Origin: Sphagnum compactum | Lineage: Eukaryota | Length of the DNA stretch: 64,000 bases | NCBI GenBank assembly: GCA_965153455.1 | Contig: OZ234493.1 | Coordinates: 12,390,213-12,454,212, forward strand | Reading direction: 5' to 3' | In this document: in pieces, positions 51,831 through 64,000 of the stretch | How the letters are laid out: the number at the start of each line of letters is the position of its first letter | Numbering within the stretch: the stretch's first letter is position 1 | Position numbers and translations under genes: made by a program | The notes under the pieces: model-generated | Databases searched by the model: none | What the model was told of the DNA's origin: nothing | The model's input: only the letters and a program-made list of their open reading frames with translations

Positions 51831-54800
51831 CTTGCTGCAATCTTCTGTTATACACATGATGACTTATGCATAGGGTATGTACTAAACTTTTGAAAAAAGT
51901 CCTCAGTAGGATGTATCACACTGGTACATAACAGAATCTCCAACCTCAGGATATGTGTAAGTAGGTGGAACCTGACCTGACTGAAAATATGTTTTGAAGA
52001 ACCAGGAATTGGACGATTAGGAATTTGAAGAACTAGTCTCAGAACCTCAGGAATAGAACTTTCAGGGATTTGCAGAAGCAAGCTCAGAAACTCATCAGAG
52101 GCTCCATCCAAAGGAAATTGAAAAACAATTGCTGAAACCAGAACCAAAACATTCCGTCAAATCTTCAAACTAGCCAGACCCAGAGCAGCAAGCTAGGGGT
52201 CCTCAAAACCTGGACAACACTGGCAGATCACAAAGAAAAGACCAGAGAAAAATATTCACATGGTTTCTCTAGGCCACCTATGGCAGATTGTGCATGTCTC
52301 AGCACCCATAAATCTCAAATTCAACTCAGCTGAATAGACCTTTGAGAAAATCAATCAGGAGAAAACTTTGGAGCTTGAGCATTTCTCACAACCTTTCTTC
52401 AAGAGACTGATAACATATGAGATCATTGAAACTGATCTCACATTCTACAATCAACCAACTCCATTACCAAGTACACAGACCCTCTGTCAGATTCTACAAT
52501 TACCCCACATTACACCACATCTCCACTGATTCCAGTTCCACAACTCTTGTCTCGAAACACTATGTTGACTAGTGTCAAATGGACTACCCACTGTTACTCA
52601 CTAGCTGCCATTACTTATCACTATAGAGTACTCCCCGCAGACTTAATTTCACAAACCCAGAAGCTTGTACTGAGGGTCAAGGCTTTCCATGCTTCTCCCC
52701 TTCTGTACACTCAACTTTAGTAACTCTCATGAGAATTGAGAAATCTACACAATTAGGAAAAGCCAGAACAGGGTTCAAAACATTTCGTTGAAGTCAAAGA
52801 AAGAACTCCAGATAAGAACTGAAGAACCGGGAAGAAGAAAAAGACCAAAGGGAGAACATGAATGAAGAACAATAAAACTAGCAGTGTGAACAAATGTGAC
52901 AGTCTTCCCCTTGTTAGGGACATCAAGTTTCAACAGGAAGATGTATGATACTGTACCTACGACTCATGTTCGGCACTAATTAATTACAAAAGAGGGCCAG
53001 CCAAAAACAAGAAAAACTAAGAGCAATTTGTTGAAATACTAGAGAATTGAACCCAGTTCAAAACACAAGATAACTTTGAAATTTACTGGTGAACTCAGCA
53101 TACTTAGAGACTATTGTTGAAATTCTGAAATATTCAGGTTGGGGCTGCTGGACCCATTTTTGAAAAAAAATTAATCATTTTGACAATATTTGCCAAACAT
53201 GACTCATAGGTATGGTAACCACTTATCTATCGCAACTTACCCACTGACTTCATCAGATATAGGCCTATGTAGTGACTTTCATCTCAAGTCCAGAAGCAAC
53301 AAAAAGACTCAGCCATGATACTGGCTAACAACTAGCTAAATAGAAGGAGAAAAAAACACAGAGAAGAGCATAAGGGGAAAAACAAAAACACAAAAGAGTA
53401 CAAGCACAATAAGAAGAAAGAACATAGAATAACATACAACAGGGAGGAGACAACCGAGGACTGAGTGGGTTTCAAAAAGATCCCCACTTACAAGACTATA
53501 CATAATAGGGTTTGAATGCTCAGAATGACTCTGAATGCTGAGATTCCCCAAAAAAGAATTCTCTTCATTGAGCAACCCTCTATTCCTCTTTAACAGAATC
53601 TTCAGTGGGTAGCCTTTATTCTTCAGAAGGGCAATAAGACTGACAATTTGAGAAACAAAGAAAGAACTCTAAAGCCTCAAGAACCTGTAAAACTGACAAT
53701 TTGATAGCACCCAACTTAGCCATAATAGAGATATTGGAATGAACATTAGGCATACATATTATGTCAATACAGTTGCATACTCTTGTTCAGAATGTTTGTC
53801 AAAGATATCACAGGAAATACATTGAGGACTTTGCTTTAATGCTACATCCAAGAAGAGTTTAGGGTTTAGGGTGCTGGAACCAAGAAGTTCCAAGAGAAGC
53901 TTCTAGAAGTACAACAATTTTACTCTCAAGAGGTTCTTGGATATATGCTACTGCCAAAAGAGTCTTTGTTTTAATTAGACTCAGTTTTAAGGAAGAATTA
54001 GATCTATAAGACAATGTTGGACCCATCACAAGAAAATGCCATCTGTTTCAACTCAGGTTATTATAATCCTTTGAACGACATGTTAATAACAAACCTCAGT
54101 TTTTCGTAGCCAAGGCCTTCTGAAGCTCCTGCTCATGTTCTTTTCTCTAGTCCTCAAAGCTTCTTCTCAAGACCCCAGGCCTGAATGTAGACAAGAACCT
54201 ACACTTCCAGCACCAACTGGTTAGAAAATTATGATACTAAAGCCACCAAATCCTCAACACTGCTTCATATCTGCATGATAGTTGATCCTTAAAACAACAA
54301 GCACCCTGATGCGTCTGGAAGTGTAAGAGGCAGGTGTGTTCTACTGAGGACTCTCAATTCTACAGCACAAGTAAATGTGACCTGGGACATGGACATCTTG
54401 AGGTCAGTAAAGGCAAGGCTTTAACATCCATGAGTCTCAATCCACTGATCAAACTGATGAAGATTGCTCCTTCCAGTTCTTTAAGGTGGATCAATTCATG
54501 AATAACAAGTCTCCACAGGACATTAAGCTTTGATATGAGCAGGGGAAAATTTATATACAACAAATCTAAAAGGGTGGAGTCTAGCCACCAACAAATAGTA
54601 CACGACAGAAAAGAAAGGTAATGGGCTAAATTCCTGAAGGACCATGAGATTGCAGTGTACACACAGATCCATTCAGCAAGAGAAAACAAAGTGCTAGAGA
54701 ATTTTTTACAAAAAAGGTAACCAAAAAAAAATGTACCCAGAAGAGGAAAAAAACCTTAAAGGCTCAGTCCTCAAACATTGAACCAAGAACCAGAAAAATA

Positions 54801-57304
54801 TTACATAAGTTTGAAGCCCAAAAAATTGTGGCTGTGAGAGAGAATAATGAATTCCAAGAATTACAGAAAAGGAGAACTTGGAAGACCTGAGATGATGAAA
54901 GAAACCTTAATGTTCAGATCCATTTTGAATCTCCTCTTGTTCTGGAAGCTGCCAACCAGTCTCCCATGGAGCCCCTCCATAAGACAGACATATCTATGAG
55001 ATTGCAAAGCAAGCTCCACAAGAACTCGAGCACTCCTCTTGAAAAACAACACAAGAGCGCCAAACCCTAATTCCTGAGAGCAACTGCTTGTAAAGTGAGG
55101 TCCCGATGCACATCCCAACTTCCATGTAAGTAAGAAGTCGTCATCGACATCCCAATCGACATCCCGGTTTCCTGTTCACATTTTTACTGTTGTGGTAACA
55201 AAGTTAAGTTTTTTCCTGACAGAATTTGTGGATGATGTTTTAAGGGGGAAAACAAAAAGTGAGGAAAATATATATATATAAATTATTACCAGTGTTTTTT
55301 TCACAATTTTTTTTTGGGGAAATTATTTGTTTTTAAAGTGTAAATTCAACTAATTTTTGGTAAATTTTGAGGAAACAAATTGCTAAATTTTTCAATATCA
55401 AAAAACTAAAAAAAAGAAAAAAAATCCAATTATTAACCTTCCTCGTTGTTAAATGGTTATTAAATTCAAATCTTAGAAAAATAAAATCTCTTGCTTGGCT
55501 CATGATAGTCGACAATCGTTTAATTCTTATATATTTGTTTCATGTGTTACTCTAGGTTAACACTCGTGAGTTTTGTGACAATGCAAAGGGAAGGTCACGC
55601 CTTATAATGCATTATACCTTACCCAAATATTGGTTTCATTATTAAATAATCCTCAAAATAGTGAAATGAAATCTTGTCAAAATATCAAGTTGACATGGTG
55701 AAAATTATACATAATTATCATACGTTACGTTTTAAACAATTTCATTGCTCATATCACAATGTTATAGGAGAGATGATGGAAAAATATATATAATTTTAAA
55801 ATTAAAAAATGGATTCATTCATTTATTGACCCTAGGCTACAATAATCAATCATGAACTATTTCGAAAAAGCAAAATGTTTGTAGAAGCAAGCAGTTCAAA
55901 AAAAAGGTTTCCATTTTTTAAATGCTTGCATTACTCAAAAAGAAAAATACATTACATTTTATGCCATGCAATGCAATGCATTCAAGCGTTACTCTACATA
56001 TATGTAAAATATTGTCGTTTTTTGATTTTTTGGGTATATTTTGGTCCTTTATTAGGTTCAAAAAATCATGTGTGTTGATGTTGTAAAAATAATAACTTAC
56101 AAAATTAGACGACATTTTGTGCTTGTCAAAATAACTTCCATTAAACGAAAGTTATTCACTAGCATGTTCCTCCTCGTTATCCCTATCATTATAGCATTGT
56201 CCCTTTGCAATGTCACTATCACAACGATGCTTCACATACGAAAAAGGACTATCGTGAAACCTTTCTAAAATTTCAAAACCCTAAACTCTAAACCCTAAAC
56301 CTAAAAACTCTGAAAGGATCTCAAATTTGAAAAGGTCTAATAAACCCTTCTCATATACATAAAGCATTCAAAGAATGTTTTTAATATATTTGAAATACAG
56401 AAATTTCTTATGTTCATGAATATATCATTTTTAAAAGAGAGGAGAAGGATCTTACATGGCATTATTTCAAAATGGGAGATAAATTAATGTTTTTCATAAA
56501 ATCATATAAATTCTCCTTTTATTGGGGTACCTTTTTTACTTATTATTATTTCTAAAGTTCAAAAAAAATTATCATACAATAAAACTCAATATAAGATTAT
56601 TGAATTATGCTATGATTTGCATTTACTGTTCATTTAACCATCTCAGTATATTTTGAACCCTTTAATGAACAATTCCATCCCTATTTAATATATTTTACAA
56701 AGAAAATTGTTATGCTTACTTTTATAGGTGTAAGATCCCTTTCATTCTTTACATGTGTCATATATACAAATAGTCTTTTTGGTAATATTGATGCATAATA
56801 CATGCCCTATATTATTCATATTGATTGTTATCAAGCTTTGTTTATTTATTAGGTAGGCCTAAGTAAGTTTTTTCTCAAAATATTTTTTGTCTTCCAAAAT
56901 ATTTTTAATAAGAATTTTCATCAATTATTGGCAATTTGGCGCTACTTACTTTTGTCCTTTTCAATGTTGTTTTTTAGTCACAAATTCTCGGCATTTTGTG
57001 AAAATAATATTTTGAAAAAGAAATTTTTTTTGTGACAACTTCCTTTTTCTTCTTTAAAAGAAAGCTTGCCAAAATGAAGATTTTTTAAAATTATCAAATT
57101 GCCCAAAATCTCTCCAAAATTGCTTACAATATGAAAAGTTACATAAGTTTTTGTTTTTTTTTTCCCTACTTTTTTATTTTGAACATCGCGAAATTTGGCT
57201 AAATGTACATATATATGATCACCATTTGAGAAACCTCACAAAATTGAAGAACCAAAAAAAAAAAAAAAAACCTTTTGCTCCTTTTTGGGTATATTGGTGT
57301 TCAC

Positions 57305-60300
57305 TAGTGTTGGACTAATATTGGATTTTTAACATATCCATCTAATATGGGTTTTTGACTTTTTTGAAATTCATATACCATGGCAGTATGGGTATCGGGG
57401 CAAAAATACAAAAACTCCTACCAAGTGGCATCAATATGTACAAAGTTTACAATTTTCACACAATGGTATGAATATCATGGTATTGAAATGTGTGATACTA
57501 GAGGGATACATAGTATCAATATGAATATGTTGATTTAATATGTGATGTCACAAAAAAAATGTTTGCATAAGTTGAAAAAAAAAAATCCTTCATTGACCTT
57601 CCAAAAAAAAACCAACAAAACATTGGTCACAACAAAATTGATTTGTAAATGTCCCAAAATCACCACAAATGCATCATTGATCAAAGGCTAAGGTTGCCAA
57701 GTTGAAAAATAATAATTTTATTAATTTTATTAATATTATTAGAGGCAAAATTTTAATAAAATTCATCTACACATGTAAATCCCAAGTTGGAAAAAAAAAC
57801 CATCACTTGATGACACATAAAACATGGTACCAAGTACCAACACAATTGCTACACATTATTTTGATTTGCAAAGGTCCCAAAATTATCACAATTACATGAG
57901 ACATCATATCAAAACCTCAATGTACTAGAAACTTGGAAAAAAAAGTGGTCACTTGATGAAATAAATAAGTTAACTAATTGGAACTTCGCCAAACATTTGA
58001 TTGACAAAGGTCCAAAAACCTGTAGCAATGTATATCATTGATCAGGTTTATGCGGCCAAACACAATCACAATGTTTTCTAAAAACATAGTCATGTCCATG
58101 TCCCTTGAAATGAAAAAAAAATAGTAGTTGATGAAAAAACTAGGTAGCAAGTAGCCAATAAGAGCACTAGGAGAGGATTTCCAACCTAAACATGAAATCA
58201 CAAAGTTTTTTTACTTGTCTTCAAAATAACCTTGTTCATGAATTTCTTTTTCATGTTCATCAAGTAGTTTGTATTCTACACAAAAATACTTAGTGATGCG
58301 TTCCTTAGTGAGTTTATAATTTGTTCGTGCATTGTTAGGCTAGTTTTTGTAAATCATCACCAAGGCATCCAAATTATCAAAACCCAATCATCAACATCAT
58401 AAACTAGTCAAAACACTAGCAATGTTAAAAATGACTTCAATTTTGATTTGGCTTCTTGGAATTCCAAGGATTTGTATTGCCAAGAATCCAATGTTTAGGA
58501 ATTGGGATTAATGTGTCTTCCACCAAGCAAGAGGATTTTTCAAGTCTTCCTCTAAAATCAAAATCTGACGAAATAAAGACAACTCATATTTTAACAAGCC
58601 TTCATTGGCTTCTTTTGCACGGATGTTGGTTCACCAAACAATGAGTGATCAAGAACAAGTGGATTAAGAGGAAATGTTGTGGGTGGCCATGATTACAGGA
58701 CTTGAAGACCATAATTAAAAGTAGAACTAAATTTTTTTGTCGTACTCCTCCATTAAAACGTAATAAAAACCAAAGCTCTATCCTTCCCAATTAAGTCTAC
58801 CACACAATTTAAGCCCTTATATTTAGAGTTTAACATGAATGTCGCCATGTTATGGGCCATGGTTACATCAAATTGAAAGCAAAATGCAAGAAAATGTTGC
58901 AAGACACGTAAAACCAATTTTTTTGGGTCATACTCCTCCATTAAAACCAATTAAAACCCAAGCTCTATCCTTCCCAATTAGGTCTACCACACAATTTAAG
59001 CCCTTATATTTAGGGTTTAACATGAGTGTTGTCATGTTATGGGCTATGGTTACATCAAATTGAACGCAAAATGCAGGAAAAGGTTGCAAAACATGTAAAG
59101 ATTTTACTGCCATTTTAGCATACATGATTTCCAGCTTTGCATCAAAATTTCCACAAGTCAACTGAAGAAAAATAGATGCCCTAGAATTATACTCAACTTG
59201 AAACTTAATGTTAATGGAAATTGTAACATAAAGAACATCGGACAACAACCAGTAACCTCTAGTCTAGTTGAGAACACATTGTTTAACAACATGGTTCAAG
59301 ATTTCAATCACTGCCCTTGCAATAGCCCAAGTCGGACTAAACAAAACATGAGCTTATAAATGTAAAGATTGGCGATTGTAACAAATTGTGATGGTGTCGG
59401 CATATTCCAATGTTTCTTGGTAAAGTACAACTTTTGAAGCAAACTTGGTTTTCATTAGGGTTTTCAACTTTCTTGGAGGCAAACTTACTTCTCGGCAAGG
59501 AGATTCCCATTCTTGCCTCCCTTTGCTTGACTTTTTTGTCCAAGTGATGGTTTTTTGTAGGGTAGGTTGGGCGTCTTTCAAAGAAATGTCCTTCATGCCT
59601 TGACAATTTTTTTCTTCATTTGTAGCATACTAGCAAACCTTCGACATCACATGTGCCAAAAAAGGGCTTCTCCAATTGAAAAACATCGCAAGACACAACA
59701 ATGGACATGGCGGAATTCAAGGTGGTTATATTTTTACCTTTGTCCTTCACATAAGCCAATACTTTGTTGGTCAATTAGAATTTAGCCAAAAAGGCTTCAC
59801 AAGCTCTACAATGCAATTCCATTAGTAGTTGTAGCCTCAAATAAGTCGATATTGATATGGCGAGGTACCAATTCCAATCCAAGAAGTTCACAATGAACGT
59901 AAAGGTGTCAAACCCAATTTGATTCGTCCATAAATCAAATGTGATAAAAATTGCATCACATTGTGTTAACATAGGTAGAATATAATGATCCATGCACTTA
60001 GTAAGCACAAAAGGCATGTGTTCTTTGACAAGTTGTTTTTGAGTAGGGAACGAATTTTACCATTTTGTCGCATGACCAAATGTCATAATCAAGAAGACTC
60101 CATTGTAGATAGTGACACAAACCCCTTTGTAAATGAATAGAATTAGGTCTTCAATGAAGATTAGTTGAAGAGGATCAAAACTTTTGTAAGATCGAACATT
60201 CGAAAAAAACTCAATTATGGCAAAAGGTGTAGCTCGTTTGCACTTCTTGCACTTCTCACGACCTGGATTGGAAGCTTCATCTTCATTTTTACGATGCAAA

Positions 60301-61476
60301 ACATACTTGGCAACAATGGCCTCGTGCTCATTGTCAATGTGTTTCTTTATGAAGGTGATGCCAAGTGTTGGATTGTAAGGTGAGAAGGCCGTTGTGCTCA
60401 CGAGTGGTGTTGTTTGAACTTTGAACTTGTTTACTGACGTGGCAAATAATGCACTTCATGGTTTGTGGTGCCCCCAACAAAACTTTTTCAAGATGGTTGT
60501 TTAGGACAAAGAAAGCCCACACTATGGAAGTGCGGTGGTTTGTGAACCAAAACTTCATGTTTGCCTCTAGCTGCTATAGTTGCACTCTCCAAATTGCTCT
60601 TTCCTCAATAAATAGGACCTCCACTTGAGTTTTTAAAGTTTAAAACATGGAGTCTTATGTAAGTCATGTGTGTAACCCCTCAACATCCCAAAACTCATTA
60701 GTTGTAATGAACTCCGTTGTAGGATCCATTTCATCATGTACCCAAACTTGACTTGTGAACACTACTCCAATATAAGAACAAAAACCTAAAAGCCCATGCA
60801 TAAATCTTGAAACTAGTTGATGACTTATGACTCAAGCACCATCGTTACCGACATCACCAGGGCAGTGAATGAGCACCACAATGGTGACACCAACCACCAA
60901 ATGATCATAATGATGCACACACAAATCGACATTTTGGTAGAACATTGAACTCAAGACGTGAAGAATGAAAAATATTGTGAATGGTAACAGTTTACAATGT
61001 TTATTTTACGTTCTTTCACCTTAGATATTCCTACGAAGCTTATGGAACAAAGAACCATGCACATTGAGGCACCTAGTGGATTTACCTCTTCTTCTTCTGT
61101 AAAGTTAAATGTTCAAACTCAATTTTTGCACCACATCATTGTGCACATTGAAGAGCCACCCTCAACGATAATGTAACAACTTCCCGTCAAGTTGAATAAC
61201 AACATAGCTTACAATTTTACAACTCACACACCTTACACCCAAAAAAAAGTTGATATTCATACCATGACATCGATGCTCATAAATAATTGTGTATGAATGT
61301 AGATCAAGGTACCTAAAATGTTGTTATGATTCAGATGTGGTATGAGTCAAAGTATCCAATTTTCACATTGCATGGCGATATGATCCCAACCGTAGTACGA
61401 TGAACAAACCATGCCCGACTGGTTGGATATCCTCATGCTCATATTGATACCCGGGTTGATATCCGAGTGCAACCTA
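57305..61476 (-). mobile_element. Degenerate but relatively young hAT DNA transposon (BED finger plus transposase)
   Basis: Minus-strand SIVWAFF...MKCIICH...KKHIDNEH (BED zinc finger), ITFDLWTNQIGFDTFTFIVNFL, LQKTITWTKKS, LMLNPKYKGL, and dimerisation domain GIPRSQIKIEVIFN...DNLDALVMIYKN*P. Imperfect TIRs TAGTGTTGGACT (57305) and AGTGCAACCTA (61466-61476). Confidence 0.82.
58733..59100. repeat. About 188-bp tandem duplication inside the hAT transposase
   Basis: TACTCCTCCATTAAAAC...AAGCTCTATCCTTCCCAATTA.GTCTACCACACAATTTAAGCCCTTATATTTAG occurs at about 58743 and 58931. The peptide MLN.KYKGLNCVVDLIGKDRA appears in two ORFs. Confidence 0.9.
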
Positions 61477-61479
61477 GAT

Positions 61480-62482
61480 TCCAGTCAGTCCAAGATTGGT
61501 ATTCACCGACCTGACGTCGCTTGGACGGCGAGAAACTGGGTTTTCGTTCGACGTGTAACTCCTGTCGTCGAGTGAGCGGACGGCGCGACGACGCTGGCTA
61601 TGGCGCCACGCTCCTCCCAAGAACGCACGCTGCAAGAAGAAGACGACGACGACGACGCAAACGCGCTGCGAAGAGGGCGGGGGCAGATTCGCTGAAATCG
61701 CCGAGAATTCGCGTCCGTCAGGAACAAAATCTTCTGAGCTTCTGGGAAACACTTGTTCAGATTTTCTTCTTCTTCTTCTTCTTCATCTCTAAAACAGCAA
61801 ATTGAATTAATTCTGCTGCTTTTCGTAAATTTTTGGACTTCTTCGCAGCAGTCGATCTGGTTTGTTCTTTCAGTTTCTCTTTTTGTCGTCTTCAGGGTTT
61901 CGATACAACAACAGTCGTCATCGCCGTTTGTGCAATTTCACGTTTGTAAGTTGAGACTTTCGCTATTCAGATCTGAGAGCAAAAAAGCGAAAAAAAAGAA
62001 GAAAAAAAGCTCTACTCTAGTTTTACATGCTAAACCGCCGTCTGCTGTAGACACCACTAATTCTTCTTCTGAGCAAGAACAGAACAGAAGAACCACTTCT
62101 TGTTCGCGCTTCTTCTTGCAGAAAGATTCTTCGACTCCTTAAGCAGCAGATCTGGGTTGGACTTCATGTCCGTGGGGAGAAGCTGTTTCCATACTACTCG
62201 CTTGAAGTCTGTAGTGGAGCTTCTTGGAGTTCCTTGAGTGACTATCACGTTTCCAGATCTTATTGGACCATCTCCTTTGCTTGCTTGCTTGCTTGCTTCA
62301 CTTGCGTGCACAATTGAGAGTTGTAGACAGCCTGCCTTCTTGTAGTTGATGCCAGAAGGTTTCTTGTGGTACTCAGTTACCTATACGGGCGTCAGATCGC
62401 AGAGAGGAGAGAAGAGGAGGAAGGCTGGTGGTGAGCTTTCACTATTTTGCTCTGAAAACCACTTTAGGGTTTCGACAACAAG
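61480..62482 (+). promoter_or_regulatory. CpG-rich promoter and intron-containing 5' leader of VPS2, with a telo-box
   Basis: Abrupt CG-rich island at 61500-61720 with ACGT cores (TGACGTC, GACGTG); pyrimidine-rich leader with candidate GTAAGT/GTGAG donors; TTTAGGGTTT at about 62463, just before the ATG. Confidence 0.55.
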
Positions 62483-63583
62483 ATGAGTTTCAACCTCTTC
62501 GGGAAGAAGAAGACTCCCGCAGGTGAGTTGTTGAAGATAATTGTTTTTTCCTTTTTTTCTGGTTCAGATTTTTTTCTGGTTTTATTATGAGCAGCATCAG
62601 CTCCTGTTCCTGGAGAATCTGTTATGCTGTACCCATGGAGAACCCCCCCATGTGGGATTTGCTTGGGTTGACCTCTGTTTGTTGCAAGAATCCTCTGTTG
62701 ATTGTGGGTTTGTCGTGCAGAGCTTCTGCGAGAGAATAAACGAATGCTTGACAAGTCTATCAGAGAAATTGAGCGTGAAAGACAGAGTCTTCAGACTCAG
62801 GAGAAGAAGCTTATTGCAGAGATTAAAAAGACCGCAAAACAAGGACAAATGGTGAGCTTCTCTCAGGCTATCAAGCTGCACAAGTAGTTCAGGAGTCCTA
62901 CCTCATATGAGTCACTCCAGTCCATAGCTGTACAGCATCATGGATGGTTGACAAATCTTTTTTGTTGTGCATAATCTTCTGTTTCTCGGATGTCCTGGTT
63001 TTGAAGAGTGAGTTTTTGGCAAAGTGTAGGGTGCAGTGAGGGTGATGGCAAAGGATTTGATACGGACACGGCATCAAATCACTAAGTTCTATGGCTTAAA
63101 ATCACAGCTGCAAGGCATTTCTCTTCGCATTCAGGTCAGTCTCCTCCTTCAACATTGTCTCCGCATTTGCTTATGTATTGTCAATGCATATGAGAAATGT
63201 AGCAGTTTTGAAGCCTGCTGTGGTTTGGTGCAGACAGTTCCATTCCATGCAGTTTTTTTGTTTATGAATATTGGGTCGCAACTAATGGGGTCAATTGATG
63301 GGTGCCGGTGGTCTTGGTGTAGACTTTGAAGTCGACCCAGGCAATGGCTGAAGCCATGAAGGGAGTTACAAAGGCTATGGGCCAGATGAACAGGCAGCTC
63401 AACCTCCCAGCATTGCAAAAGATCATGCAAGAATTTGAGAGGCAAAATGAGAGAATGGAAATGACAACAGAAGTCATGGGAGATGCTATTGACGATGCCT
63501 TAGAAGGAGATGAGGAGGAAGAGGAGACAGACGAGCTTGTGAGTCAAGTTCTTGATGAGATTGGTGTTGATCTTGATTCTCAG
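62483..63583 (+). CDS. VPS2: ESCRT-III subunit VPS2 (CHMP2A/VPS2.1-like, Snf7 family), exons 1-4; 3' end lies outside the window
   Basis: Exons 62483-62522 (MSFNLFGKKKTPA), 62721-62851 (ELLRENKRMLDKSIREIERERQSLQTQEKKLIAEIKKTAKQGQM), 63030-63134 (GAVRVMAKDLIRTRHQITKFYGLKSQLQGISLRIQ), 63323-63583 (TLKSTQAMAEAMKGVTKAMGQMNRQLNLPALQKIMQEFERQNE...DELVSQVLDEIG). All junctions are GT-AG and in phase. Confidence 0.96.
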
Positions 63584-64000
63584 GTGCGCAGTTTTCCATA
63601 CCTGATGAAACTCAAGAGATATTCAACCTCTAACCTTTTTTGGCTTAGGGTTAGGCAGTAATGAACAGAAACAAGCTTAAGAACAAAAGACGGGAAAAAG
63701 AACCACCACACCTCTACTACAATTTCTGAGAGCTACTTTCTGTGGAGAAACTGAAAATCAGTATTTGCTTGAAGAGCAAGAAAGGAAAGAGGGAACCAGA
63801 TGTGAGAAGATCTGCTCATTGTTCTGGAACAGCATCCAGGCTGTACATGTATACTGCAACATCAGAGACAACAATGCCTAATTCTCTACCTATGTAGTTC
63901 TCTCATTCTTTGTTTTATCTTGCCTGCTTGCTTCTCAGTGATCTGACTACTTTTCTGTTGCCTGTTAAAATGCTGTCACACTGTCTTTCTCTCATTCCTG

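Noticed and set aside
51857..51982. C/D-box snoRNA (ATGATGA...CTGA)
   Set aside because: There is no convincing terminal stem or recognisable rRNA-antisense guide.
54944..54963. GGAAGCTGCCA resembling miR167
   Set aside because: Only about 11 nt match and there is no complementary arm.

Overview
Eukaryotic, AT-rich land-plant nuclear DNA with spliceosomal introns, TTTAGGG telo-boxes and heavily C-to-T-decayed transposons. The repeat families suggest a moss, probably Sphagnum-like (inference). Three host genes are supported. (1) An intronless SBT1-type subtilase (28263-30740, +). (2) A convergent multi-exon SCAR/WAVE-family gene (about 34644-37803, -) with a clear SCAR-homology domain but apparently no C-terminal VCA/WA domain. 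(3) The first four coding exons of ESCRT-III VPS2 (62483 to beyond 63583, +). Most of the rest is TE relics: a MULE/SWIM transposase, a Ty3/gypsy pol ending in a PHD finger, three hAT relics, Tourist-like MITEs, and many mini- and microsatellites. Several gene-free islands that keep their CAG/CTG sites (about 3.9-4.7, 18.1-19.0 and 50.6-55.2 kb) contain strong hairpins and may be non-coding RNA loci. The most notable observations are the VCA-less SCAR with a GTAC-palindrome tandem array in its promoter, the PHD-tailed retrotransposon integrase, a perfect 21-bp-arm hairpin at 4063-4176, and a putative minus-strand lncRNA with a MIRNA-like foldback and a possible miR534 decoy site. None of these is proven without RNA data or database searches.
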